Part shown: positions 1 to 9,107 of the stretch, one piece after another
Numbering within the stretch: position 1 is the first letter of the stretch
Layout of the letters: each line of letters opens with the position of its first letter
IMG/VR virus record: IMGVR_UViG_3300030095_002378
Location: 1 to 25,307 of that record
Direction: 5' to 3' (one strand)
Length of the DNA: 25,307 bases
Source of the DNA: a virus
Taxonomy: Duplodnaviria; Caudoviricetes
The notes under the pieces: generated by a model
What the model saw: only the letters and a program-made list of their open reading frames with translations
Told to the model about the DNA's origin: nothing
Databases searched by the model: none
Program-made: the position numbers and the translations under genes

Positions 1-1
1 T

Positions 2-1348
2 GCTATCTGAAACAGTTGTTGTTGCTGATAAAGTTGCATTAGAAACAGTTGTTCCTGCTATGACAGATGATAACGAACTACCATTGACCGTAATGGCATC
101 TGCTTCAAGTGTTCCATCAATATCTGCATCTCCACTTACATCCAATGAACCTGCATCAAGTTCTCCAGTTAGTGTGATATTTCTAAAAGATGCTACATCT
201 TTATTTGCATCTACTGTTACTGTTTTACTAGCAACAACTGTACCCACAGAAGAACCAGTATCATTATAATTAAGTTCTGCTGTTGTGCTAGTTACTCCAT
301 CTAAAATATTTAGTTCTGCTGCTGTACTGGTTACATTTGTTCCACCTATATCAAGTGTGGTTACACTTATCTCTCCTGCTATTGTTGCTATGCCATCTGC
401 TAAAGTGATTAAATCTGTATCATCTGTATGACCGATTGTTGATCCATTAATTAATACATTATCTATATCTAATGAACCACCTGATATTAAACCAGTTGTT
501 GTGATAGCAGATGAACCAGTATCGATAGTTCCAAATCCTGATGTAATAGAACCACTATTCAATGCACCAACTGATGTTGCAGCAGTAGTTACAAGATTAG
601 GCATTGCAGTTATTTCATCATCGAAATATGCTGCTAAGTCAGTTACTGCAACCTGAACCATAGTTCCATTGTCATTGACAACTACTCTATCTGCATCTGC
701 TATTGTGGTAGATGTAGCACTTGTTCCACCATCAACAATATTTAGTTCTGCTGCTGTTGAAGAAATTGCAGTACCATTAAAATTGATTGCATCTACATAG
801 GCTACTCCATCTACATATAAATCTTTCCATTCTTTACTAGAAGAACCTAGATCATAGGTGTTATCATCATCAGGTATAATGTTAGAATCAACCTCTCCAC
901 CAAATACAATATTATCTGTATTGGCATCTCCAAGAGTAAGTGTTCCTCCATTAAAAGTAGTAGTTCCAGTAACAACAAGATTACCTCCAACAGAGGCATT
1001 TCCTGTAACTGTTAAATTATCTGCAATCGTAGTTTCAGATGTGGTATGTCCAATGGTTACAGCAATTCCTGATGTTTCAGTTGCAATCTTTAAAGTGCCA
1101 GTAGAATTGGTAATAAATGAGTTAGATCCATCATGATATATTTGTAGATCAGTACCAGTTCCTAATTTGATAGTCTTACTATCTTCTAACTCTATTCCTC
1201 CAGTAGATAATTTTAATCCTGATGCAGTACCATCTCCATCATATAGAGTCAAAGCAGATGATCCAAGTCCTCCATCATCTCCAGTATGGATTAGTTGAAC
1301 ATAACTATCTGCAATTCTTTGATTTGTTAAATTAGTTACCGATGCCAT
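2..1348 (-). CDS. Fibre/spike-like virion protein, 3' end truncated by the window edge (at least 449 aa; not in the ORF track)
   Basis: ATG at 1348 with SD AGGAG upstream. The frame is open to the window edge: MASVTNLTNQRIADSYVQLIHTGDDGGLG...DLQIYHDGSNSFI...YDLGSSSKEWKDLYVDG... It is Thr/Gly/Ser/Asp-rich with repeated (S/T)(A/T)AELN motifs typical of phage fibres. Confidence 0.8.
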   Translation of the reverse strand, partial: MASVTNLTNQRIADSYVQLIHTGDDGGLGSSALTLYDGDGTASGLKLSTGGIELEDSKTIKLGTGTDLQIYHDGSNSFITNSTGTLKIATETSGIAVTIGHTTSETTIADNLTVTGNASVGGNLVVTGTTTFNGGTLTLGDANTDNIVFGGEVDSNIIPDDDNTYDLGSSSKEWKDLYVDGVAYVDAINFNGTAISSTAAELNIVDGGTSATSTTIADADRVVVNDNGTMVQVAVTDLAAYFDDEITAMPNLVTTAATSVGALNSGSITSGFGTIDTGSSAITTTGLISGGSLDIDNVLINGSTIGHTDDTDLITLADGIATIAGEISVTTLDIGGTNVTSTAAELNILDGVTSTTAELNYNDTGSSVGTVVASKTVTVDANKDVASFRNITLTGELDAGSLDVSGDADIDGTLEADAITVNGSSLSSVIAGTTVSNATLSATTTVSDS

Positions 1349-1357
1349 TTTTTACTC

Positions 1358-1555
1358 CTAATTAGTATCGAAACTCCCTTTTTTATATTCTTCCTCATAA
1401 AAGTCTTTGCCAAAACGTGTTTGAACCCTGCTAATAACCCCTCTAACGTCTTTACTTTTACATTGTGGGCATTCACCTACCTTGTACCCAGAAACGTCCA
1501 TAAAACGCTCAAAAACAATTTTACATTTATTGCATTGAAACTCGTAGATCGGCAT
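1358..1555 (-). CDS. FmdB-family zinc-ribbon protein
   Basis: MPIYEFQCNKC...ECPQCKS fits the MPxYEYxCxxC...CPxCxS FmdB pattern. Coupled to the upstream ORF by TAATG. Confidence 0.85.
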   Translation of the reverse strand: MPIYEFQCNKCKIVFERFMDVSGYKVGECPQCKSKDVRGVISRVQTRFGKDFYEEEYKKGSFDTN

Positions 1556-1761
1556 TACTTTTTACCTTTTTTTGGTTTAGGTGGCTTTGGATGTTTTTTA
1601 GGTTTTGGTTCATTACAAGAAACCACAGCACCTGCAACACATTCGCATCCATCTTTATCACATAATTCGTATCCATTATCTAAATACTCTTGAATACGTT
1701 TTTCTGATGGCAACCATTTACCAATAACTCTTCCATCTTTTTTAAAATATTTCCATTCCAT
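1555..1761 (-). CDS. Small hypothetical protein with Lys/Pro-rich tail (possible capsid accessory)
   Basis: SD AAGGAG. Directly follows the major capsid gene; C-terminus is KPKKHPKPPKPKKGKK. Confidence 0.65.
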   Translation of the reverse strand: MEWKYFKKDGRVIGKWLPSEKRIQEYLDNGYELCDKDGCECVAGAVVSCNEPKPKKHPKPPKPKKGKK

Positions 1762-1775
1762 ATAAATCTCCTTTT

Positions 1776-1808
1776 GAGTATTGAGGGTGGAAAACCACCC
1801 TCTTACTC
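1776..1808 (-). terminator. GC-rich hairpin downstream of the major capsid gene (partial terminator or mRNA stabiliser)
   Basis: GAGGGTGG-AAAA-CCACCCTC at 1783-1802, extended by GAGTA/TACTC. No U-tract follows on the coding strand, so intrinsic termination is uncertain. Confidence 0.55.
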
Positions 1809-1826
1809 ATTATCATCTAGTCAGTA

Positions 1827-2690
1827 TTAAGGATTATTAAAGTTCACAACAGGTAGTGATGTTGAACTTGCTCCATGTGATAGTACTGCTCCAAAAAGTG
1901 AATCAACAACTATGCTACTTGCCAAGTAGTCAATATCGTAAGACTCCTGTACTCTTGGTTGTAATTGTGATGCATAATAAACACCACTACTTTTAAAGAT
2001 AGTACCTGACTCATCGTTAGTCCCTCCGTCATCGTCCCAGTCGTTTGACGGAAAGACATCTACGCCGTAAATCGAACCTAGTGATCCAGTGACATTTGGA
2101 TTTGCACCATCGCCTCTTCTACTTGCATCTGTAAAGTCTTGCAATGATAAAAGACTTGAAAACAAAGATGGAGAGGCATAAAAGTAAGTATCTCCATCTG
2201 TGTAACTGTGATTTGCATCTAACAACTTTTGTAGACCTGATCTTAACAGAGCCGTAGTCATAGTATTATCCGACGCTAGGGAAACGTCGTTTCCTGTTCC
2301 AGATTGAAGTACATCAACTGCGATGTAGTTCTCTATTTTCTTTGCGATTGCATACCCCATTGACCTAGCATACATGCTGAACAAGTCGGGGTTGGACTGT
2401 ACTTTAACCAAATCGCCAATTCTTTTGGCCTCATAAATATGCTGGTTAATGCTGAGTTCAATTTCAGAATCTGTGTTAGCACCGTAGCTTACTGCTGACC
2501 CTGAACTTAATGTGGATGCTGTCTCTTCAGATACTTTTGGAATATGTAATTTATCTCCATTAGGAACTGATGCAGAAAGATCAGTTACTTGATTCACAAG
2601 TCTAAACTCTCTTTCAGCATAGTCTAAGATTGCCTCAGACCACAGCTCGGCGATAAATACGGCACTTGTAGTTGTTGTGACTTCTGCCAT
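1827..2690 (-). CDS. Major capsid protein (HK97 fold, P22-coat-like)
   Basis: 287 aa with ELWSEAIL, GDKLHIPKV and GSLGSIYGVDVFPSN motifs. Lies after the scaffold gene; SD GAGGT. Confidence 0.85.
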   Translation of the reverse strand: MAEVTTTTSAVFIAELWSEAILDYAEREFRLVNQVTDLSASVPNGDKLHIPKVSEETASTLSSGSAVSYGANTDSEIELSINQHIYEAKRIGDLVKVQSNPDLFSMYARSMGYAIAKKIENYIAVDVLQSGTGNDVSLASDNTMTTALLRSGLQKLLDANHSYTDGDTYFYASPSLFSSLLSLQDFTDASRRGDGANPNVTGSLGSIYGVDVFPSNDWDDDGGTNDESGTIFKSSGVYYASQLQPRVQESYDIDYLASSIVVDSLFGAVLSHGASSTSLPVVNFNNP

Positions 2691-2695
2691 TTTAA

Positions 2696-3229
2696 TTACC
2701 TCTTATTTCTATAACTTGCAATGATACCCTGCCAGTTATCTCGTTTCTCTTTTCGATTCATATCAGTTATCCTTTTGGATGGAGTAGTTGAGATTCCTGC
2801 GACTGAACTTTCGGTTCTTGCAACTTTTTGTTTTAATAGTTTATTGTGGACTTTACGTAATGCAGGTGTTGGTAAATCCTTAAAGTCATCCTGATCATCT
2901 TCAGGAAAGTCAGATAGCAGTTCTGCTCTGATTTGCTGTTCGGTTTGTTGGTATTGCTCTACAATAGGTTCAAGTTGAGAGATTTTGTTTGCACGTTCCT
3001 CTGCAAGTTCTTTCCATTGTTGATTTTCTTCCATCTGTTTCTGCCGATCAGTATCAAGCTGTTTCTGAAGTTTTTCTAACTTCTGTTCTGCTTTCTGTGA
3101 TCTTTGTCTGTACTTTTTGCTTTCTGCTATTATATCAGACATATTGATGTCTCCAGTAGCTGACTCTTTCTCTACTGGCTCTTTTACTTGGTTCTCCTGA
3201 ACCTCAACTGATTGTTGCTCTTCGGACAT
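2696..3229 (-). CDS. Capsid scaffolding protein
   Basis: Acidic N-terminus and long Q/E/K coiled coil (ESKKYRQR...WKELAE), directly upstream of the capsid gene. Start moved to ATG 3229 because of SD AAGGAGG. Confidence 0.75.
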   Translation of the reverse strand: MSEEQQSVEVQENQVKEPVEKESATGDINMSDIIAESKKYRQRSQKAEQKLEKLQKQLDTDRQKQMEENQQWKELAEERANKISQLEPIVEQYQQTEQQIRAELLSDFPEDDQDDFKDLPTPALRKVHNKLLKQKVARTESSVAGISTTPSKRITDMNRKEKRDNWQGIIASYRNKR

Positions 3230-3257
3230 ACTGCCCTCCTTATTGATTAAGTCTTTG

Positions 3258-3731
3258 CTAACCAATTTTTATATTGACTGGTTTGCTTGTGTATTTTTTA
3301 ATATTCTTTTCAATTCTTTTCATAAAAAATTTTGCTATTCGATCACGGTTTTTTTTACTTAAATCATAAAGATCATATCCATGTCTGTTTGCATTACCCT
3401 CAACAATCTGTCCTCTTGCAAATACGAGTTTGAAACCATCAACAAGGTTTTTAACATTGATCCTCCTTAAGGTTTCTCCAGTTAATCTCATATTAACATT
3501 ATTGACTTTTGTGTTTGTTGATTTACCTATGAATGCTTTTAATTTTGTTTTATTAGCACCAGTCATAGCATTTGATTTGTATCTTCTGTAAGTCTTGCTT
3601 TTATATTTAAAGTTTTCTTTGTTGTTTTGAAAGATTCCCTTGTCTGCATCTTCTATGATTCTAGACTTTGCAAGTTCTCCTGCTTTCTTAAAAATATTTC
3701 TTGGTATTTTATGGATGTCTTGGTTTCTCAT
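3258..3731 (-). CDS. Virion morphogenesis/neck protein (Mu gpG-like)
   Basis: Basic 157 aa with an MRLTGETLRRI motif (LxxTGxLxxSI-like), located in the head module. Confidence 0.55.
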   Translation of the reverse strand: MRNQDIHKIPRNIFKKAGELAKSRIIEDADKGIFQNNKENFKYKSKTYRRYKSNAMTGANKTKLKAFIGKSTNTKVNNVNMRLTGETLRRINVKNLVDGFKLVFARGQIVEGNANRHGYDLYDLSKKNRDRIAKFFMKRIEKNIKKYTSKPVNIKIG

Positions 3732-4423
3732 ATAACAACCCAGTCATGCCTACAATTAAAACCACCTCTGTCATCAAATCCGACTGGTAGATCAAATATC
3801 TCTTCCATTGTATATCCCTCAGAATTTTGACCATCCTCTAATACTTGTCTGCAACTATCTCTTGTTTTTCCATCTAAGACACCAACATATCTATACCTTG
3901 TTTCAGGTTCATCTGCGAATGCTTGAAAAGTTGCTGAGTTGCTAAATTTTGCAAATGAATCATTAACAATAAGGTTTAGATTAGCACTTGTAAGTTCTGT
4001 GCCAAGTGTGGCTGTTAAACGATCCACAATCTGTCTGCCTGATTCTCCTGCAATAATACCTCTTAATAATTCTGATTTATATCTGCTTGAGAAATCTCTT
4101 GCTCTTCCTAATAATGTTCCTGCATCCAATTCTTTTATCAGTTCAAGATTCTGTGCTGTTGCTACTTGAACTTGCAATCCTCTAGATCTTGCCTGATTAA
4201 ATACTTTTGTTGCCACGTCATCATATTCATTCATTAAATCAGTTAAAGCATCACTATAACCAAGTCTGTTTAACTCCTGAAAAAAATCTAATTCTCTAGC
4301 AATGATTGTGAGTTCCTGATCACTTAGTCTTGCTAATCTTGATGCAAGAGTTGGCAGTTGATCGTTGAGTTTATTTTGGATTCCACCTAATGCACTCATA
4401 AAGTTTTCAGATGCACTAGCCAT
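3728..4423 (-). CDS. Head morphogenesis/minor capsid protein (SPP1 gp7 / Mu gpF-like)
   Basis: C-terminal YRYVGVLDGKTRDSC...GGFNCRH motif; follows the portal gene. Confidence 0.8.
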   Translation of the reverse strand: MASASENFMSALGGIQNKLNDQLPTLASRLARLSDQELTIIARELDFFQELNRLGYSDALTDLMNEYDDVATKVFNQARSRGLQVQVATAQNLELIKELDAGTLLGRARDFSSRYKSELLRGIIAGESGRQIVDRLTATLGTELTSANLNLIVNDSFAKFSNSATFQAFADEPETRYRYVGVLDGKTRDSCRQVLEDGQNSEGYTMEEIFDLPVGFDDRGGFNCRHDWVVI

Positions 4424-5732
4424 TTTGTACTAATCTTTCTACCAATGTTTGTGCTTGTGGTTGTTCAGGTTGTTGAGGTTCTTCTACCTCTGCCATTACC
4501 TCATCTATTTGTTCATCTGTAAAATCAGGATTGTAGTGTTTGAACCAATCTTTCTTAGATGCTAATCCATTATCCCATTTCCACAACCATTCCTCACGTT
4601 CTTGCTGTGGACTTGCAGGGATATGTGGTTCACTAAAATCAACTGAGTACTCATCATTAATATTAATATTATTTGTTTCTAGTATTGTTTTATCTAATTG
4701 AAATCTTTGTTTCTCAAACTTCCTGAATCGTTCAAAGTCAGCCATTACTGCCTCGGTTAGATCCACCTCCATAATTCTTTGATGTTCTCCTGATGTACTG
4801 GATGTATCATCTCCCCATTTCATTTTAAGATGTAAGGCATCAGCAGTTGTTTCAATTATAAATTTCATATTCTGTCTGATTTGATCTAATGATCCTGATG
4901 GACTTACAATAGAATAGTTTGCACCTTCAGGTAGAACTAACATCTTAGAAACATCCATCTTTAATCTTGTACTTTCATCTACACCAGTAAGTACAGACTG
5001 ACCTAATGATTGATACATATTACCTAGTGATAATTGTGTACCGAATACGTTATACATAAGGTTGGCATTTGCAATCATCTTACCCTTACCAGTTCTGATA
5101 AACTCATTACCTAGCATAGGATATAGATGACTATATACAATAGGAACGACACCAAATGGATTTATATCTTCATCATTAACGTGTATGACCTCTCCACTTT
5201 TTTTAATCTTGAAATGAGATTCATTAGACCAATAAACAAACTGCTGTTCTTCTGCTCTCATATCTCCGTGTGAAAACAATGGATATACAATACCTATGGG
5301 ATCAGGATTGTTCTGCTCAAAGATAGGTTCAAAGTCTGTGATGATATGAGAATCCAATTTATCTTTATCCTCATCATAATATCTTAACACTGCTATTGTA
5401 CCTAGTAATCCAGTAAGTCTATCTACCTCAATCATATCCTGATCTAAATCACCTAATCGTTCTAGGTATCTATCATCTGCCATACGTTCAGGTGCAGACT
5501 TATATGCTATATATCTAGCATCTATTAATTTTTTAGTAATGTTTAATGTAAGGGTAGGTGCAAAATGCAAAGCATTAGGATCAAAGTATTTCATTACTTC
5601 TTCTTCTAAATTGATACCCTCATAATAATTCATAATCTTAAGTCTATCCTCACTTTCATTGTAGTGGGATGTATCTATATAATCTTTTAGGGATTGTACT
5701 ATGGTTTGTAAGGATAAATCAGGAACTAACAT
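4416..5732 (-). CDS. Portal protein (SPP1-like)
   Basis: 438 aa after TerL, with NYYEG, NPFGVVPIV and SGE motifs and an acidic tail. Confidence 0.85.
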   Translation of the reverse strand: MLVPDLSLQTIVQSLKDYIDTSHYNESEDRLKIMNYYEGINLEEEVMKYFDPNALHFAPTLTLNITKKLIDARYIAYKSAPERMADDRYLERLGDLDQDMIEVDRLTGLLGTIAVLRYYDEDKDKLDSHIITDFEPIFEQNNPDPIGIVYPLFSHGDMRAEEQQFVYWSNESHFKIKKSGEVIHVNDEDINPFGVVPIVYSHLYPMLGNEFIRTGKGKMIANANLMYNVFGTQLSLGNMYQSLGQSVLTGVDESTRLKMDVSKMLVLPEGANYSIVSPSGSLDQIRQNMKFIIETTADALHLKMKWGDDTSSTSGEHQRIMEVDLTEAVMADFERFRKFEKQRFQLDKTILETNNININDEYSVDFSEPHIPASPQQEREEWLWKWDNGLASKKDWFKHYNPDFTDEQIDEVMAEVEEPQQPEQPQAQTLVERLVQNG

Positions 5733-5738
5733 ATATTA

Positions 5739-7052
5739 TTACCATCTGCTTATTTCCAATACCTCCCGTTTCTTGATTGGAAACTTGTTAATAAAAAAAT
5801 ATCTAATGGCATCCATTCCGTGATCGTGTCTGCCATCTTTCAAAGGTTCATCCTTAAGTGTTTGATTATCTCGTTTCTCAGGATACCTATAATTCTCAAA
5901 ATCTTCTATAACTCCCTTGCAACTTTCATTGACATATAACCTTGCTTTCTTTTCAGCGTTCTCAACAAATGATCTAACGAGGTCAATGCCTGATGGTATG
6001 TTTCTGCTGACCTTATCTGTTCTGAATCGTGGGAATATCCCATATCTTTTAAATACCTCAATGTCTCCAATGCCTGATGTCGATTGCATTCCAACTCCCG
6101 CAGGATCACAAAAGTATTGCATTGTTGGGTATCCTTTTCCTAGGATCTTCTCAGCCAGTTCTTCAGTCTTGATATTTGTTTGATGAATGATCTCATCTAT
6201 AATATGTATTTCAACATCTCCATCTACTCTACCTACTTGCAACCATACCACAGATGGCATACGATAACCAAAGTCTATGGCACAATACGTTTCCCATTCT
6301 TTTATATAGTCATACTTTCCAACGTGCTTGTTTCTATCAAATGGATATACTTTACCTGCATATGATGTGAATTGTGCTTCGTATTCTTGTAAGTATGTTT
6401 CTTTAGTAAGTTCGTTCTTTAACTCGTCTATGTTATCCCTGAAATACCTTGAATGGTAACTGGGATGTTGCCATGACTCCCATTCAGGATAATCATTAGA
6501 TTGCCCTCTGATGTATAGATCATAAACCCAGTTGAATCCTCTAGGTGTCGAAACAAATAATGCTGTCCCACCTCTGTCTGATAATGTTGGTCTGAGGTAC
6601 TGCTCCCATATTCTTTTTGGGAGTAAGGCACATTCATCAATGATGAGCCAATCAAGTCCCTCTCCAACAAGTGATGTATCAGGGCTGTCTGCTGACTTGA
6701 TCCATACCTCGGATTTGTTGAGGAACTTTGCATAGAATAGTTGTCCATTAATAATTTTTTTTGAGATGACTGGGAGTTGATATTTAAGAATAAGATTTTC
6801 TTGAATCTCTCTACCAATTTTGTGAGCCAGTTCATAACTAGGTGCAACTATCCAACCTCTTGTGTTTTCTTGTATAATACCAAGTTCTGCTTCTCTTGAT
6901 GCACTATATGACTTACCTGATCTTCTACCTTGAATATTGACCCTGAATCTTGCTTTGCTGTTATGTAGTGCCCATTGTATTGGTTCAGGTTCATATCCAA
7001 TGGATTTAAAATAGGCACTCTTATTCAGTTTCCGATGAATAGGCTGATTCAA
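5739..7052 (-). CDS. terL: Terminase large subunit
   Basis: Walker A GRRSGKS, Walker B LIIDE, coupling motif STPRGFN, QEYEAQF, and nuclease motifs IDFG and DHGMDAIRY. Confidence 0.95.
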   Translation of the reverse strand: MNQPIHRKLNKSAYFKSIGYEPEPIQWALHNSKARFRVNIQGRRSGKSYSASREAELGIIQENTRGWIVAPSYELAHKIGREIQENLILKYQLPVISKKIINGQLFYAKFLNKSEVWIKSADSPDTSLVGEGLDWLIIDECALLPKRIWEQYLRPTLSDRGGTALFVSTPRGFNWVYDLYIRGQSNDYPEWESWQHPSYHSRYFRDNIDELKNELTKETYLQEYEAQFTSYAGKVYPFDRNKHVGKYDYIKEWETYCAIDFGYRMPSVVWLQVGRVDGDVEIHIIDEIIHQTNIKTEELAEKILGKGYPTMQYFCDPAGVGMQSTSGIGDIEVFKRYGIFPRFRTDKVSRNIPSGIDLVRSFVENAEKKARLYVNESCKGVIEDFENYRYPEKRDNQTLKDEPLKDGRHDHGMDAIRYFFINKFPIKKREVLEISRW

Positions 7053-7350
7053 TTATTTCGTGCCACTTATCTGTAACATCTGCTGTCCTCTCAACTGCCT
7101 TGCCCTCTAATCTCTCTACAATAAATCTAATGGCATTAAAATCTCCATTAACTGCCATCGTATAAAGTTTTTCAATCATAACTTGCTTATTGCTTTTACC
7201 ATCTTTTCCAGGAGAATCACCAGTAGAATTAATTAGATCAGTTAATGCCAATCCTTTTTTAGGTCTGCCTTTTGGATTACCTGATTTACCTTTTACAAAA
7301 GGTTTGCCAACAACTTTAGTGTTGTTATCACGTTGTTTATCAGCACTCAT
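7021..7350 (-). CDS. terS: Terminase small subunit (DUF5681-like)
   Basis: PFVKGKSGNPKGRPK motif and AVNGDFNAIRFIVERLEGK; overlaps the start of terL. Confidence 0.75.
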   Translation of the reverse strand: MSADKQRDNNTKVVGKPFVKGKSGNPKGRPKKGLALTDLINSTGDSPGKDGKSNKQVMIEKLYTMAVNGDFNAIRFIVERLEGKAVERTADVTDKWHEIIESAYSSETE

Positions 7351-7655
7351 TACAGAGTTTCTTCCCAGTTATCTGATGGTATATCAGGAACTGGAATCAT
7401 TCTATTAATCTTGTCCTCTATGTTATTATGTTGTGTTGTGTAATATTCTAAAGACATATTGAGTTCCATACATATCTCTTTCGCTGTATATCCTCTTCGT
7501 CTTAATGTATGTATTCTCAATTCTTCATCATCTAACATATCTTTTAGTACATCAAAAGCAGTACCAAATGATCTATTAGATATATGTTTTGTAGAATTAT
7601 CATCCCATCTTAACATATCATCCCTGAGTGTTTTTTCAAGTTTCATTTCACTCAT
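7350..7655 (-). CDS. Sigma-70 region 4/LuxR-type HTH protein
   Basis: LDDEELRIHTLRRRGYTAKEICMELNMS resembles a region-4 HTH. Confidence 0.55.
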   Translation of the reverse strand: MSEMKLEKTLRDDMLRWDDNSTKHISNRSFGTAFDVLKDMLDDEELRIHTLRRRGYTAKEICMELNMSLEYYTTQHNNIEDKINRMIPVPDIPSDNWEETL

Positions 7656-7715
7656 TAGGGAAAAAGTCAGGATTTAAAATGTAAAAAAAGTCTGTAAGTG
7701 TCTTTATTAATATAG

Positions 7716-8015
7716 TTAGAGTAAATTATCTGTCAGGTTTTCATCCTCAAAAATAAACTGAGTGCCTTTGTTTATTCCATTTTTGAATAATTCGTGTGCA
7801 GTTTGTTTGCTGATCTTCATCTTATCTGCTATTTCTTCAAATGTCATATCACTAAACATACGATAAAAGCACACTTGTCTTTGTTTATCTGTCATTGACA
7901 TTGACCATTGTAATCCTAGTTTTACCCATTTTAGTTTTTGTATAAAAGTTTCTCGAACCTCTACTTGTTCAGAGAACTCCCATTTCAATCTGCTAAATAA
8001 ATTATTCAGGAACAT
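7716..8015 (-). CDS. Sigma-70 region 4-like HTH protein (putative late-gene regulator)
   Basis: MTDKQRQVCFYRMFSDMTFEEIADKMKISKQTAHELFKNGINK is a region-4 HTH pattern; lies upstream of the packaging genes. Confidence 0.75.
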   Translation of the reverse strand: MFLNNLFSRLKWEFSEQVEVRETFIQKLKWVKLGLQWSMSMTDKQRQVCFYRMFSDMTFEEIADKMKISKQTAHELFKNGINKGTQFIFEDENLTDNLL

Positions 8016-8313
8016 CTTTTATTAAATCCAAAAAATGTTCATAATCAATTAGTATAAGTGGTTTTTTTCTATCTTGTCGGATAAGAACTCCATCTATTTT
8101 ATCAGGATCTAAATCTAAAAATTTTGGTAATTGTTTTCTGATTTTACATTGGAGTCTGTATTCATTGATCATTATATCACATTCAGAGGATTGACCAAGA
8201 CTCCTACCATCTGAGGCATAGGCACGAATAGATTTTTCTATGCCTTTTTCTTTTGCAATATTGACACATTCACGTTCAAAATTATTGCCTTTTGTTTTCG
8301 ATTTACTAGCCAT
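8002..8313 (-). CDS. Holliday junction resolvase (Hjc-like PD-(D/E)xK)
   Basis: SKSKTKGNNFERE...CDIMI...LQCK...RQDRKK. ATG 8313 is preferred over the TTG at 8337, which lies inside a hairpin. Confidence 0.8.
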   Translation of the reverse strand: MASKSKTKGNNFERECVNIAKEKGIEKSIRAYASDGRSLGQSSECDIMINEYRLQCKIRKQLPKFLDLDPDKIDGVLIRQDRKKPLILIDYEHFLDLIKDVPE

Positions 8314-8323
8314 AAAATTTTTT

Positions 8324-8456
8324 TGGCAGATGTCCAACCCAGTTCATATTTTGCTAATCATCATAAAGATTAATTAAACTAGCATCTGCCATAATATTTG
8401 AGGATATAAACCACTTTAATTTCGGACAAAATAAAGGGGGAGCGTTCATACCCTCA
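8324..8456 (-). ncRNA. Candidate structured cis-regulatory RNA (two tandem long hairpins)
   Basis: Hairpin 1 (8399-8456): 13-bp stem UGAGGGUAUGAAC/GUUUAUAUCCUCA with two G-U pairs that form only on the minus strand. Hairpin 2 (8324-8391): UGGCAGAUG/CAUCUGCCA plus inner stems. Confidence 0.5.
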
Positions 8457-8461
8457 TTTAA

Positions 8462-8680
8462 TCATTTATTCATAACGTAATTATCTAGCCACTCCCTTTT
8501 ATATAAAACTTTTCTTTGTCCTTTTGCTCTTTTTAACACTCCATTTTGTACTGCATTATGTAAAGTTGTTCTACCTACTTTTGCATATGCACAAGCCTCT
8601 TTTGTAGTGTACCATATTTGATGAGTAGCATCCATTTTATTTATTAATTCGTCTAATCTTTCTTTTAATGCCAAATCCAT
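8462..8680 (-). CDS. Excisionase-like HTH_17 (MerR-type) DNA-binding protein
   Basis: WYTTKEACAYAKVGRTTLHNAVQNGVLK...KVLYKREWLDNY; SD GGAGG. Confidence 0.8.
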   Translation of the reverse strand: MDLALKERLDELINKMDATHQIWYTTKEACAYAKVGRTTLHNAVQNGVLKRAKGQRKVLYKREWLDNYVMNK

Positions 8681-8919
8681 TATATCTCCTCCATTTGATT
8701 GATTGGTATTATTCGCAAGGTAGGTGTGTTTTTTTTCTTCATTGTTTCACATTTATCTGCTAACTGCTTAGATACATAGTATTGATTCGGATATTTGAGA
8801 GAACCACGTTTATCTTTGTACGAGATCATTACAAAAACACCCTCACTATCGATTTTATTTTCATCAATACCCACTGAATTATTTTTCCAAATTGGTTCAT
8901 TAATGATAACTTGTCGCAT
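8680..8919 (-). CDS. Hypothetical protein
   Basis: 79 aa; SD GAGGAG; coupled to the next gene by TAATG. Confidence 0.65.
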   Translation of the reverse strand: MRQVIINEPIWKNNSVGIDENKIDSEGVFVMISYKDKRGSLKYPNQYYVSKQLADKCETMKKKNTPTLRIIPINQMEEI

Positions 8920-9107
8920 TGTATTTCATCTCCTCTTTCCATTAGTTCTAATATCAAACTTGCTGTATAGATCGATGTATCAAGAATTTCTTCTAAAACA
9001 TCTATTTCTTTATACTTTCCAATAGGCATCTCTCTGCCAAACTTGGCATTACCTTGATTAAGTCTTTGCTTAATGAGGTCTATGATCTTATCATTCGTTG
9101 ATTCCAC
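8829..9107 (-). CDS. Hypothetical protein, possibly an all-alpha NTP pyrophosphohydrolase-like fold
   Basis: RLNQGNAKFG...LEEILDTSIY resembles the EExxDxxxY motif; SD GAGG. The function is tentative. Confidence 0.5.
   Translation of the reverse strand: MESTNDKIIDLIKQRLNQGNAKFGREMPIGKYKEIDVLEEILDTSIYTASLILELMERGDEIQCDKLSLMNQFGKIIQWVLMKIKSIVRVFL

Noticed and set aside
60-1136. + strand ORFs 60-269 and 858-1136
   Set aside because: They are antisense shadows of the fibre gene, with no RBS and a composition typical of reverse frames.
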